A stretch of 64,000 bases of DNA from a virus. Of the stretch, positions 22,178-32,267 are shown in pieces. The stretch lies in the IMG/VR virus record IMGVR_UViG_3300046168_000070, positions 64,001 through 128,000 of that record; one strand, written 5' to 3'. How positions within the stretch are numbered: the first letter of the stretch is position 1; each line of letters begins with the position of its first letter. Both the position numbers and the translations under genes were made by a program. Under the pieces are notes generated by a model. The model searched no databases and had not been told where the DNA came from. It was given only the letters and a program-made list of their open reading frames with translations.

Positions 22178-22733
22178 ATGAATTATATCACAGAGAAAAT
22201 TAGTTTTAATGTTCCGCAAAATGGTGGAGATCAATATCGCTTGTATGAGTGCGTAGATCAAATCGCAGATTTAATTGATATGTATTTTCATACCGCAATA
22301 GAAGACACGACCAAAATTCACAATTTAATTGAAGAAGAAATTAAAGCAAGTAAACTTAGAGAAGTGGAATATAATAAACTAGAAAATATAAATGGGGGTT
22401 CAATATAATTTAACAAAAAAAATAATCAAATAATATTATGAGTAAAAAAGCAATAGATAAAGCACAAAATTCGCCAATGGGCAAGAAAACCTCTCATACA
22501 GGAAATCAACCTCTTGTGGAGTCTCTAACAAACAAGGGTTGTATGGTTCGACCAAAAGTCAGAAAAGCTCAAGAAAGGAGATTAGCCAAGTGAACGAGGT
22601 TATAGAGCTTATTGAACAAAAAATTTTAGACATTAAGAATTATCCTATTAGCACACAAGAGGAAGAGCAAATGCACATACTAGAAATTGGTTGCTTAAAT
22701 CAGTTGCTTAGAGTAGCGAATGAACTTTCTTAA
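22178..22733 (+). CDS. small hypothetical ORFs (22178-22408, 22539-22733)
   Basis: promoter TTGACA 22142-17-TATGTT-7-ATG. Confidence 0.55.
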
Positions 22734-22803
22734 AAAAAGTGTTGACATCTCGATCAGCATACTCTAGTATTTTATCATAGTTTAATTTAACACAAGGAAA
22801 AAA

Positions 22804-25092
22804 ATGATTATCACACAAAACAAATCTAAAGAAGTAGTTAGTTCTCACGATTTCGAGCAAGTAAATTGCACGATTGATGCCGAAGATATGCGTTATGTTG
22901 CATCTCTTCTTCGCAACAATTATTCCAATACTCGTCTTGCAGTCGTTCGTGAGATTAGTGCTAACGCACTCGATGCCAATGCTGAAGCAGGAGTAAATCG
23001 CCCAATCGAAATTAAGTTGCCGACCGCCATGAATCCAACATTTGCAGTTCGTGATTTCGGGGGTGGACTTAGTCAAGAAGATGTTTTCGGTCTTTACTCC
23101 AAGTATGGTAAATCAACCAAGCGTACATCTAACAATTATATCGGTGCTTTCGGTATCGGTAAATTTGCTCCACTTTCTTATGGTGACAACTTTACTTGCG
23201 TTTCTTTTCATAATGGAACAAAAACTTCTTACAATGTATTTGTCGATGAAAATGATGATACCAAAATCACAAAGTTGTTTGAAGAACCAAGTAATGAACC
23301 AACAGGTTTAAGTATCGAAGTTGCAGTATCTGAAGAAGATCGTAACGAATTTAGAAATGTTGTGCAAAATTTCTTTCGTTTCTTTTCTGATTCTGATATG
23401 CCAAAATTTCTCGGAGTTGAAGAAGACTTTATACAAACTCCTAAAAAAGTTTTATCAAGTAAAACTGACGAATGGTTCTTTGCGGAAGACGAGAATCGTG
23501 GATATGGTTATCATTATTACTCTCATGTTCTTATGGGTAGAGTTGCTTATCCTATTGACCCAAATGCAATAAATGTAGAAAATTTTGTGTCCAATGAAAG
23601 TTCTCGCAGAATAGTTCAACAACTTTTACAACAAGGTAATTTCTACTTTCGTGTGCCTCTTGGTTCAGTAAGATTGCATCATAGTCGTGAGTCGCTAGAA
23701 TACAACAAAGCAACTCAAAAAGAAATTTGTGCGATTCTTTACAAAGTTAGTCAAGATATTCAAACTATTGCAAAAGAAAAACTTGCCGATAGTGAAGATT
23801 TGTGGGATGCAAAGAGAAACTATGCTCAAGTTATTAATGCTTTACCTTATCAAGTAAGAGGAGTATTCGAGAATAGTTTTGAGTGGAATGGCATCAAAAT
23901 TACAGACTCTACATTTCAAAGAGATTATCAATTGCAAGATGATCTTATTATTACTGATTACGAGAAAATTGAAGATAAAGATTCTCGCAATGGTTTCAAG
24001 GTAAGAGCTACTAAAACAAATCGCATTTATTGTCAAGACAATTATCTTGTAATGATGCAAGACATTGATTCATCTCATGGTAACAATCTTAGAGTTCGCA
24101 CATTGATGAATGATTTACCCGACCTCAAAGGTGTTTATGTTGTCCATGCAACATCCGAATGTGGTAAGTCAGAAGTTTACGATAATTGGCAATTCGATCT
24201 TGTTGACGCAAAACACAAGAGATATTCCTCTCAAGTAGATAAAGAAAAAATTGTTCGCAATAAAGTTTCGGGCACAAGTCGTGCTTCTATTCCATTGTTC
24301 AAGATGAGGGCTGATAAAGGGTATGGTAGTCGTAATGCAGATTATTGGCAAAATGTCAATGAACCAATCAATTCGCTTGAGCTAAACGAAGTTGAAGGTT
24401 CTGTCAATGGTAAAATCATTTATGTTCCAATCAAGAACTACAAAGTTGATAGTGAATCTTATGATCTTGACAGAGTTTACAAAATCACTAGAGGTATTCG
24501 CCAAAAAGCTGAAGATAATTCAGACGAAAAAAATCTTCAATTATTCGGTGTTCGTGCAGGTGATGTAAAGAAATTGGATAAAAGTACATGGGTATCATTC
24601 TTTGATTTTTATCTTGACTATTGCAAAAACATCATTCGTGACAATAAGAAAGAATGTCAATCAGCATACAAGATAATTCAATTCCAAAAATCTTCTGATA
24701 ATAACTTTAGTGAATATCGTTGGAATTATGGTCAATTGTTTATTAATAATACATTTGATATTTCTACGCTCGATGATAATCATTTATTTGCTCGTTGTGC
24801 AGAGAATTGGAATCTTTTTATGCAAGAGTCTACAACTGATCGTAAATTTAATGTTGCAATCAATGTAGTTAGTCTAGGTGATCAAGCGTGGTTAGATGAT
24901 GTATTGGATACAAAAGTTGATGCTGAATCAGTTATGCGAGACTTCAAATTACTCGATAAAAATTATCCTTTACTTAAAGTTGTAGCGAATCAAGCTACTT
25001 CTTGGATAAATCTAAAGCAAGATAACGACAAGAATGTGACTAACCAAATTATTTTAGAATACATTTCCTTGTGTGATGGGGTTGGGGCTTAA
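22804..25092 (+). CDS. rIIA: RIIA-like protein (GHKL ATPase N-terminus)
   Basis: YSN..AVVREISANALDA, VRDFGGGLS, YGKSTKR.SN..IGAFGIG; own promoter and SD; followed by rIIB. Confidence 0.88.
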   Translation: MIITQNKSKEVVSSHDFEQVNCTIDAEDMRYVASLLRNNYSNTRLAVVREISANALDANAEAGVNRPIEIKLPTAMNPTFAVRDFGGGLSQEDVFGLYSKYGKSTKRTSNNYIGAFGIGKFAPLSYGDNFTCVSFHNGTKTSYNVFVDENDDTKITKLFEEPSNEPTGLSIEVAVSEEDRNEFRNVVQNFFRFFSDSDMPKFLGVEEDFIQTPKKVLSSKTDEWFFAEDENRGYGYHYYSHVLMGRVAYPIDPNAINVENFVSNESSRRIVQQLLQQGNFYFRVPLGSVRLHHSRESLEYNKATQKEICAILYKVSQDIQTIAKEKLADSEDLWDAKRNYAQVINALPYQVRGVFENSFEWNGIKITDSTFQRDYQLQDDLIITDYEKIEDKDSRNGFKVRATKTNRIYCQDNYLVMMQDIDSSHGNNLRVRTLMNDLPDLKGVYVVHATSECGKSEVYDNWQFDLVDAKHKRYSSQVDKEKIVRNKVSGTSRASIPLFKMRADKGYGSRNADYWQNVNEPINSLELNEVEGSVNGKIIYVPIKNYKVDSESYDLDRVYKITRGIRQKAEDNSDEKNLQLFGVRAGDVKKLDKSTWVSFFDFYLDYCKNIIRDNKKECQSAYKIIQFQKSSDNNFSEYRWNYGQLFINNTFDISTLDDNHLFARCAENWNLFMQESTTDRKFNVAINVVSLGDQAWLDDVLDTKVDAESVMRDFKLLDKNYPLLKVVANQATSWINLKQDNDKNVTNQIILEYISLCDGVGA

Positions 25093-25186
25093 ATGCCTCT
25101 TCCCCATTTATTTTAAGAAAAAACTTGACAATATCTGTAAATTTAATTAGTATTATATATATTAACAATTCAAAAAGGAAAAAATT

Positions 25187-26308
25187 ATGAATCAAGTACC
25201 ATATCAACTCACAGAAAATTCACTCACTATCTTTTGGGAAGGCAAACCATATACCTTGCGTAAAGATCATGTAAACTTTAAACTTGCCAAGCAAGCAATC
25301 TTGGAAGCAAGATATGATGATCTCGGAGATTTGATTGATATTACCAAGGCAGTTGAGAATTTTGTCGAGGGTGATATTGAAGTCAGAGATGAAGTTGTTT
25401 TCTACAAAGGACATCGCTTGCATGGTGTTGTTGTTGAAAAACTACTCGAAATGCTTCGTGCAGGAATGAGGGATTCTGCTCCTCTTACAAACTTTATTAC
25501 TCGCTTGCAGTCAAATCCAAGTGCAAATTCAGTTAATGAGTTGTATTCTTTTATGAGCTACAAGTCATTGCCAAACACTCCCGAAGGTAAGGTCTTGGGT
25601 TACAAAGGTGTTCAGAAAGACTTTTGGAGTTCAACAGGCAATGCCGATACAATCGTATTGCAAGGCAAAACCAATGATCGTCACCAAATTCTCAATGAGG
25701 TTGGTGCAACTATCGAGGTCGCTCGTAGATGTGTAGATGATAATAAGGACAACCATTGTTCTTTCGGTCTTCATGTCGGCTCGTATGATTATGCTGATGG
25801 TTGGGCAGGAGCAGATGGTAGGTTGCTCGTTGTTGAATTTGATCCTGCTGATGCAGTATCAGTGCCAACTGATTGCGATTTTCAGAAATTGCGTGTTTCT
25901 AAGTACAAGGTTATATCTGATATTACCGACACTCGTAAAGAGTTAAATAAACCTATCTACGAGGCTAATAAGCCTATTTATGGGTCAAATGACGATTGTT
26001 ATGATAATGAAGATTATGATGATGATGATGAATCTGATTTTGTCGATCAAGGTGTATGGGAAGACGATGAAATGGATAATGAAGATGATCTTGTATTTAA
26101 AGTCAGTTCATATATCAGTAATAAACTATTGAATGGAGAAAAAGTTTTAATTAAAAATATTGCTGATTTAAGGTTCTGTAAAGATCAAAGACTGACCTGT
26201 GCAGATATTGCAGACATCATTGATGTAATGGATGATTATGAAATTCATGAATCAGATGTCGGGCGAAATGTTCCTGTTAGCCTCAAGAGAGTCGTGAGGA
26301 ACTCTTAA
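25187..26308 (+). CDS. rIIB: RIIB-like protein
   Basis: RLQSNPS..SVNELYSF, GKVLGYKGV, RCVDDN..NHCSFGLHVG, VEFDPADAVSVPTD..KLRVSKY. Confidence 0.88.
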   Translation: MNQVPYQLTENSLTIFWEGKPYTLRKDHVNFKLAKQAILEARYDDLGDLIDITKAVENFVEGDIEVRDEVVFYKGHRLHGVVVEKLLEMLRAGMRDSAPLTNFITRLQSNPSANSVNELYSFMSYKSLPNTPEGKVLGYKGVQKDFWSSTGNADTIVLQGKTNDRHQILNEVGATIEVARRCVDDNKDNHCSFGLHVGSYDYADGWAGADGRLLVVEFDPADAVSVPTDCDFQKLRVSKYKVISDITDTRKELNKPIYEANKPIYGSNDDCYDNEDYDDDDESDFVDQGVWEDDEMDNEDDLVFKVSSYISNKLLNGEKVLIKNIADLRFCKDQRLTCADIADIIDVMDDYEIHESDVGRNVPVSLKRVVRNS

Positions 26309-26677
26309 TTGAAAAAAAAATTTAAAGAATTTTCCTTCCTATCGTTATTGTTAATGCTATCGGGTTGCTTGACTCCCTCTATGGTTTCCGTAGGGGGAGT
26401 CTTCGATGGGGATGATATACTTTATTCTCACATATCAGAATTAACAACCAATCCAACTCAACCTTGGTTAATCAATACTCCAACAGGAGTCTTAGTTTAC
26501 AAACAGGCTTTTATTATAGATATATCGCATGATAGACAAGATTTTTTATTGCGAAGAAAAGGAGACATGGCAGAGTTTTGGGTTGAGTACGATATGTTCA
26601 ATAAAAGAGATAAAAATTTTATTACAAAATTACTAAAACAAATAGACAAGGAAAATGTATATGTCGGAAGCAAATAA
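26309..26677 (+). CDS. putative lipoprotein
   Basis: basic N-terminus, hydrophobic core, lipobox LSGC. Confidence 0.55.
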   Translation: MKKKFKEFSFLSLLLMLSGCLTPSMVSVGGVFDGDDILYSHISELTTNPTQPWLINTPTGVLVYKQAFIIDISHDRQDFLLRRKGDMAEFWVEYDMFNKRDKNFITKLLKQIDKENVYVGSK

Positions 26678-26840
26678 GAGTAAAAACAAGATCGAAGTTT
26701 TGGGGCATACTGAAGGTTATTCCATCATTGAGGGTTGCATCAAGCAATCGTTAAGCGAGTCAAAACAGGAAGCTGAAGAGATCACAATGGAAGAGTTCTT
26801 AAATAGCATAAAGCAAGATATTTCTGATAATTCCAAATAA

Positions 26841-27380
26841 TTTCAAATACAATTAACAATATAATCCCTTTACCCATACATATTAATAAACTATATACTT
26901 ATATACTAGATCATAATAGCAAATATATACAATAAAAAGATAAACGAATTTTATCTAAATAATTGATTAATAAAGGTTTAAATAAAAAATACAGAGAAGT
27001 GGGTTGAAGTGGGGGAAAGTGGGTAAGCGTGGTACGCGACTTAAATATATAAAAATATAAGTTAAATTAAAATATTGTAAATTGCGTCAAAAATAATAGA
27101 AACAAATAAACTAAATTTTTTTTGATATAGCCAAATAACTTAATAAGAAAAATAATAAAGTATAATGAACAAACTACAAATAAATTTTAATCAAATAATT
27201 GCAAATAACAATATGAAAGATAGCCGACTTAATTTAATAAATTTTTTTATACATTTTTGCGTTTTAGTTAAATAAAAGTTTGAATGAAATAAAGCGAAAT
27301 AAGATGAAAAAAAATAGAATAAAATATAATAATTAATTATACTAAATTTTTTGTTGAATTCGGGCGAAATAAAAATGCAC
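26841..27380. other. very AT-rich non-coding region with phased AAGTGGG repeats (origin or terminus candidate)
   Basis: about 540 nt with no convincing ORF; AAGTGGG at 26997, 27007, 27017. Confidence 0.45.
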
Positions 27381-27419
27381 TTGACACAAATAAGGCTTTA
27401 AATTATAATTATGGTATTG

Positions 27420-28672
27420 ATGAGCGAGAAAGATAATAGTGTTAGTTACCTTCAGCACCATATAGACTTCACATTCCCCGAAATAATGATGCAGGAGCAA
27501 ATAAATGATGTCGGATGGATAGATCAGCCCCAAATAACAGGCGAGCCGCAAATAAGAGCGTTTGCGAGCTTTGAGGGGTCGAATCTGATTACCCTATTCC
27601 CCTTCTTTAATCCAACAGGGAATTACCCTGTGCAGGAAGATTGAATAAAAAATTTTATAAAATAAAGAAAAATATAATTAATACTTGACTTGTTTTATAT
27701 TCTATACTATACTTATATACATCATGACAATAGCAAAAGAGATAAATAATAAACTTGATACAATATTAAATATTAGATCAGAAATAAAAAAGATGCGGGC
27801 GGAACTGAGTGCCGACTCCGAGTTAGTCAACCCGAATACGGGCGACAAGATGCTTCGGGATGACGCAATAAATATAGCCGAGGAAGTAATAAATAAAGTA
27901 CAAAATGATATAAATCAAATAACAAATAATGGGCAGAATGTACGAAATATTTTTAATAATCAATACTATATAAATGATATGCTACAAGATAAACAAATTG
28001 CAAACGAAAATTTATCAAATATAAAAGCATTTATACAAGAAAGTGAGGATAAGATTAAATAAAAAATTTTATTAATTTATTTGGAGGCATAGAGTCCGTC
28101 GATGAGGCGGGACGAGGTAAGTCATCACCTGCATTGAACACTCCTTAATCTTTTTTCTTGACAAAACGAAGACAACCAACTAGACTTATAGCATAACAAT
28201 CAAACAAGGAGGAAAAAATTATGGGTAATATAGCTAAATGTGCAAGAGCAACTTCAATTATGAATAATGTAAAAAGAGGGGCATATGTGGGCATGAGTAA
28301 ATTTGCCAACTATGGTTCTATTGTCGAGGATAGCATCTTCGCCCAACAAAGAGAGGCAGACAGGCGACTCAAAGAGATTCAAGCCAAGCGTCTCAAGCAA
28401 GCAAAGGGGGTAGCATAATGGATGCAACAATCAAACCTCTTAGTGATAAAGTTAGTATGTTCGCAACTGATGAAGAATTATATGAACAATTAACTGCAAA
28501 AGAATTAATGTTAATTAAATTAGTTAAGGTAGAAGAATATGTAGATGATCTATATAGAGCACATGATTCTGATACAAATAAAAAATTATTTCCGCCTGAG
28601 AAGAGTTGGTTTAAAATAAAAGACTTATTAAGAGAGTGCAGAAAAATTAATAAAAATAAAATTAATACTTGA
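27420..28672 (+). CDS. 4 small early ORFs (27420-27644, 27724-28062, 28221-28418, 28418-28672)
   Basis: promoters at 27381, 27685 and about 28159; SD AAGGAGG before 28221. Confidence 0.6.
28083..28144 (+). ncRNA. candidate small structured RNA (unidentified)
   Basis: GC-rich intergenic island: GGAG/CUCC closing, GUCC-GUC/GGC-GGAC hairpin with GAUGA loop, AGGU/ACCU hairpin. Confidence 0.35.
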
Positions 28673-28697
28673 CAAATAAGACTAAATATACTATAAT
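28669..28697 (+). promoter_or_regulatory. sigma70 promoter for the ncRNA unit
   Basis: TTGACA-17-TATAAT; no ORF before the terminator at 28998. Confidence 0.75.
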
Positions 28698-28787
28698 TAT
28701 ATACATAAATTGAGAAACAAACTCAAATAAATAAAATAAATCGATCTTTAAAATTTTTAACACTTTGGAAGGGCTTATAATCCTTCC

Positions 28788-28973
28788 TGTGGGTGACTGA
28801 ACAAGCTTGTCGTGAGCGAGCTAAAGTATGCAGATCCCTGTGGTGGGGATGACAGAGTCCAATCGGATGAGTCAAATGGCAAATACCACGCCTAGTCTGT
28901 AGTTCAAAGTAGGAAACTCGAAACTGAAAGTTTACGCCGAAACGATGGAGGTATCTCAGAACCCTCCCCCACA
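28788..28973 (+). ncRNA. manA-like structured RNA
   Basis: UGUGGG/CCCACA closing stem, 3' GGAGG/CCUCC hairpin; segments UGACUGAAcAA, UGUGGUG, CCAAUCGG, CUGUAGU match my recollection of marine-phage manA RNAs; own promoter and terminator. Confidence 0.6.
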
Positions 28974-28980
28974 CATATTT

Positions 28981-29002
28981 CCCCATCCCCCGCCCCTGCC
29001 CC
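28981..29002 (-). other. G-quadruplex-capable tract
   Basis: minus strand GGGG-CA-GGGG-C-GGGGG-AT-GGGG. Confidence 0.55.
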
Positions 29003-29031
29003 TTCTAGAGAAATTCTAGGAGGGGCTTTTT
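28998..29031 (+). terminator. intrinsic terminator
   Basis: 11-bp stem GCCCCTTCTAG/CTAGGAGGGGC plus T5. Confidence 0.85.
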
Positions 29032-29069
29032 GTTTTGACATTCCCAAAAAACCTGCCATACTTATTATT

Positions 29070-31747
29070 ATGAAAACATTAAAAGACATATTATCAAACT
29101 ACGGATACATCACGAAACCTCAGCTTGCCGAGATCGTAGATTATTTCCCGCACATGAAGGTCGTCATTAAATGGGGCGGACTGCCCCGTGAACGGGTTCA
29201 TGCCTGGGAGGCAATCCAACGCATCGATAAAGTAGAGAGCGAGGATATTGACTACTGCCGAGAAGTTTTTCTCTGTGGCAAAGATTGCGAGAATCTTAGA
29301 ATAGCACTACATATAGCAAATTAAGTGGAAATTATTCTAGGAGCACTAGTCATCACAATTTGTCTCGTTTTTAAACAAGATTAAATTCTTTATTCAATTC
29401 AATCATATCATATAATGACATAGCAAATATACATACAACAAATATATAAGTAGCAAATATACAACAAATATATAAAGCTATAATTTAAACAAAAATTTAT
29501 AAAATTAAAATTCAATTCGTAAAGGGTTGAGCATCAGTATTTTGCGGGATCGCCCTGCCAACTTTTGCAATTATATGATATTCAACAACTTACAGCAAGA
29601 AAAGAGTTTTTGGCGATTTTCGCAATTATATGATAACCAACGAGTTACAACTATTTCAAAAAAAGCTTGACTTGCGGTAGTTTTCTGTCATAATTGTATA
29701 CATGATCAGAACAAAAAGCGACAAAAGATACGACATCGACTTCAGCAAGAAGGTGTTCGTATATAAGAATCTTCACAAGGACTGTTGGTCAGTCAAGCAG
29801 GGCGGGCTTGTTAAAGCACACGCAGATAGCTTAGAGATGTGGGATTGCAGTTTCCAAGTAAACCAAAAGGGGCGGGCGAAAGTTATCCAAGAAAAGCGTA
29901 AGAATGTTCATGCGGGCATTTTAGGCAGGATAGACGACCTTGGCGGGACAGTTGCAATTGGTACAGAAATTACATACAACCCGTACAAGTATAGCTCTTT
30001 TGTAGAAAAAGACACAGAAAATCCTGTATATTATTCAGGATTTGCATCGTTAACCCATAACAGAGTATTAGCAGCATGAAAGAAGAATTAAAAGGAATTA
30101 AACATGCCATTGACGGATTGTCAGATGAAATGTTAGAGCATCGTCGTCATGGAAACATGGCGGATCTACTCAGAGTTATGCGTGACATTAATGAAAATCT
30201 ATGCACCATCAGCTATGAGCTCAAAGAATTAGTTAATCAGAGAAAAAACCTTGACATTGAACAAAAAATTTCATAGTATTATATCATGCAAGAAACAATA
30301 GACATCACACCAACATGGTCAGCACTCGTTCCTATTATGATCGAGGTGTTGAAAAACCCAAAAGCAAACAACACAGCAAAAGCAGAAGTAACCCAAGAAT
30401 TACTTCGCCTCGCAAAGATTGCAGACGACCAAAATGAAAGGGCAAAACAATGACATTATCAGAATCAATTATGGATATAGTAAGAGGCAACCTTGCATGG
30501 TCAGATCCCATGTCAACAGTTTGTCTTGACCAACATGAGCGTCACCCCGAAAAGTTTCCAAAGGGGAGTGCGTTTCAAAGTGAAGATGAAACTTTAGACG
30601 ACATCATTCGGGACTTGACATTATTACGAGATGAGCGTAGAATAGAATCATCTTTTCAATCAGCAGAACTATAACACAAGGAAAAATTATGACAGCAGTA
30701 TTAGACAAACCCGAACAAATCGAAATGTTTCGCTACAAAACACTCCTTAAAGGATTAAGGCTTGAGACGCTAGGAATGCAAATGAGTAGGGGCAGGTCTT
30801 GCTATTCTATCATCAAGCAAGAGTTTGGTCTTAAAGGTAGCAAGCAAAAAGTTTTTGATCAATTTAAATTAATGTTAGAACAAGTAAATGAAAGGGCAGT
30901 ATAATGACATCATCACAAGTAGAAGCACAAGTAGAATCCTGGAATTGGAATCTCAACATATTTGAAATTTATGATGAGATTAGAGATTATGCCGAACGAG
31001 ACAAAAAGCAATTACTCGCATTTGCTTATGACTTTTTCGGTAAAGATAAAGCGATGAAAGAGCTTGCATCTCACTTCGGAATCGACATTGCCTAATGAAC
31101 GACTTAGCCATTACCTATATTAAAAAAATCCAAGACCTTTTGGATGCCGACGAAGAAATCTTAATTGATAAAAATTCTTTTGAACTTAAAGAAAAAGACG
31201 GAGAAATTGATTTTGATGTTGACATGATCAAAGAAATGTACGATAATTAAACCATGACAAACACAACTATGAACACCTATATCGATGCAGTATGCGAAGG
31301 CAAACCTCTTGACCTTCCTAATTTTAATGAAGACACTGAGCAGTGGGAGCTAGCCTTTGAGGAATCAGAGACGCCATGGCACCCATACGATAGTGCAAAA
31401 GACATCTTATTTGTAAGTTTTGAGTCAGCTGAAGAAGTCACTGACGCTTACAATTATTACAACCAAAACCCTGCGATGGGTTTACAAGAAGTAGAAGGAG
31501 AACAATCCTAATGTTAAGGAAACTCAAAAACAAGTTAGCTGCTTTGTTCAGCTCAACCTATAATGTCGTGTATACTACCGAAGATGGTAGAACACAAATG
31601 TATACAATCTCTAAACCTACGCATAAGCGTGAGTTTGGTAACGCTCGCGAGGGCAAGAGAGTCGTAGGCTTTCGTGCTCATTGCTTTAACCGCAACGGAA
31701 TTCGTTCTTTCCGTTATGATCGCATCATCTCTTTAGTAAGGGGGTAG
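29070..31747 (+). CDS. early cassette ORFs (29070-29324, 29702-30079, 30076-30276, 30286-30453, 30450-30674, 30689-30904, 30904-31095, 31254-31511, 31511-31747)
   Basis: promoters at 29035, 29667, 30251, 31219; 29702 carries the YKNLHKDCWSV...EKRKNVHA phage motif. Confidence 0.7.
29421..29477 (+). repeat. tandem AT-rich repeat TAGCAAATATACA(TACA)ACAAATATATAA, 2 copies
   Basis: copies 29421-29450 and 29451-29477; related motif near 26917. Confidence 0.6.
29519..29648. repeat. three copies of the 27-bp IHF-box-like repeat
   Basis: 29519-29546 (reverse, degenerate), 29567-29593 GCAATTATATGATATTCAACAACTTAC, 29621-29648 CGCAATTATATGATAACCAACGAGTTAC. Confidence 0.85.
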
Positions 31748-31940
31748 AATATGAAGAAACGCATTGAACATTTACGAGCACAAGTTCGCGAGCTAGCCCA
31801 TATGTTAGCCTGCGAAGAATCAGAAGGTATTTATTTATCAGAGCACAATGAGCGTCGGTCTCAGCATAATGCATTACTCGAGGAGCTCTATCATCTAGAG
31901 AAGCGTGTGTTCTGACCTTTCATGGTCATCGGTTAATCCA

Positions 31941-31970
31941 AGCCCCTCTCCAATCGGAGAGGGGTTTTTT
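31941..31970 (+). terminator. intrinsic terminator
   Basis: CCCCTCTCC-AATC-GGAGAGGGG plus T6. Confidence 0.85.
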
Positions 31971-31972
31971 GT

Positions 31973-32037
31973 TGATAATCAACGTTTTATGGAATTTCCC
32001 TAGCTGATTCCGCAATTATATGGTATTCAACAACTTA
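31973..32037 (+). repeat. IHF-box-like repeat, one partial and one full copy
   Basis: TGATAATCAACGTTTTA 31973; CGCAATTATATGGTATTCAACAACTTA 32011-32037. Confidence 0.8.
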
Positions 32038-32102
32038 AGATAACTGCAAAAAAAAATTATTTTTTGCTTGCAATTAAATCACAATCTGTCATAATTATAT
32101 AT

Positions 32103-32222
32103 ATGAAAGCGAGAGATATAAAGATAAGAAAACCAATCCTTTTCACCAAAGCTCGCCCTCACAAACTTAAAAACAAAATCATACATAGAAAGCTGAAGCA
32201 TAAAAAAACTTTAATTTACTAA
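32103..32222 (+). CDS. 39-aa very basic peptide
   Basis: MKARDIKIRKPILFTKARPHKLKNKIIHRKLKHKKTLIY; promoter TTGCAA 32068-16-CATAAT-7-ATG. Confidence 0.6.
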   Translation: MKARDIKIRKPILFTKARPHKLKNKIIHRKLKHKKTLIY

Positions 32223-32267
32223 AATTAATTCTTGACAAAACATTAACAATCAACTATTATTATACTT

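Noticed and set aside
28095-28120. Hammerhead ribozyme
   Set aside because: Core reads UCGAUGA...GAGG rather than CUGAUGA...GAAA
28788-28973. tRNA or tmRNA
   Set aside because: No TTCRA T-loop, anticodon arm, CCA end or tag ORF; only the outer architecture is tRNA-like
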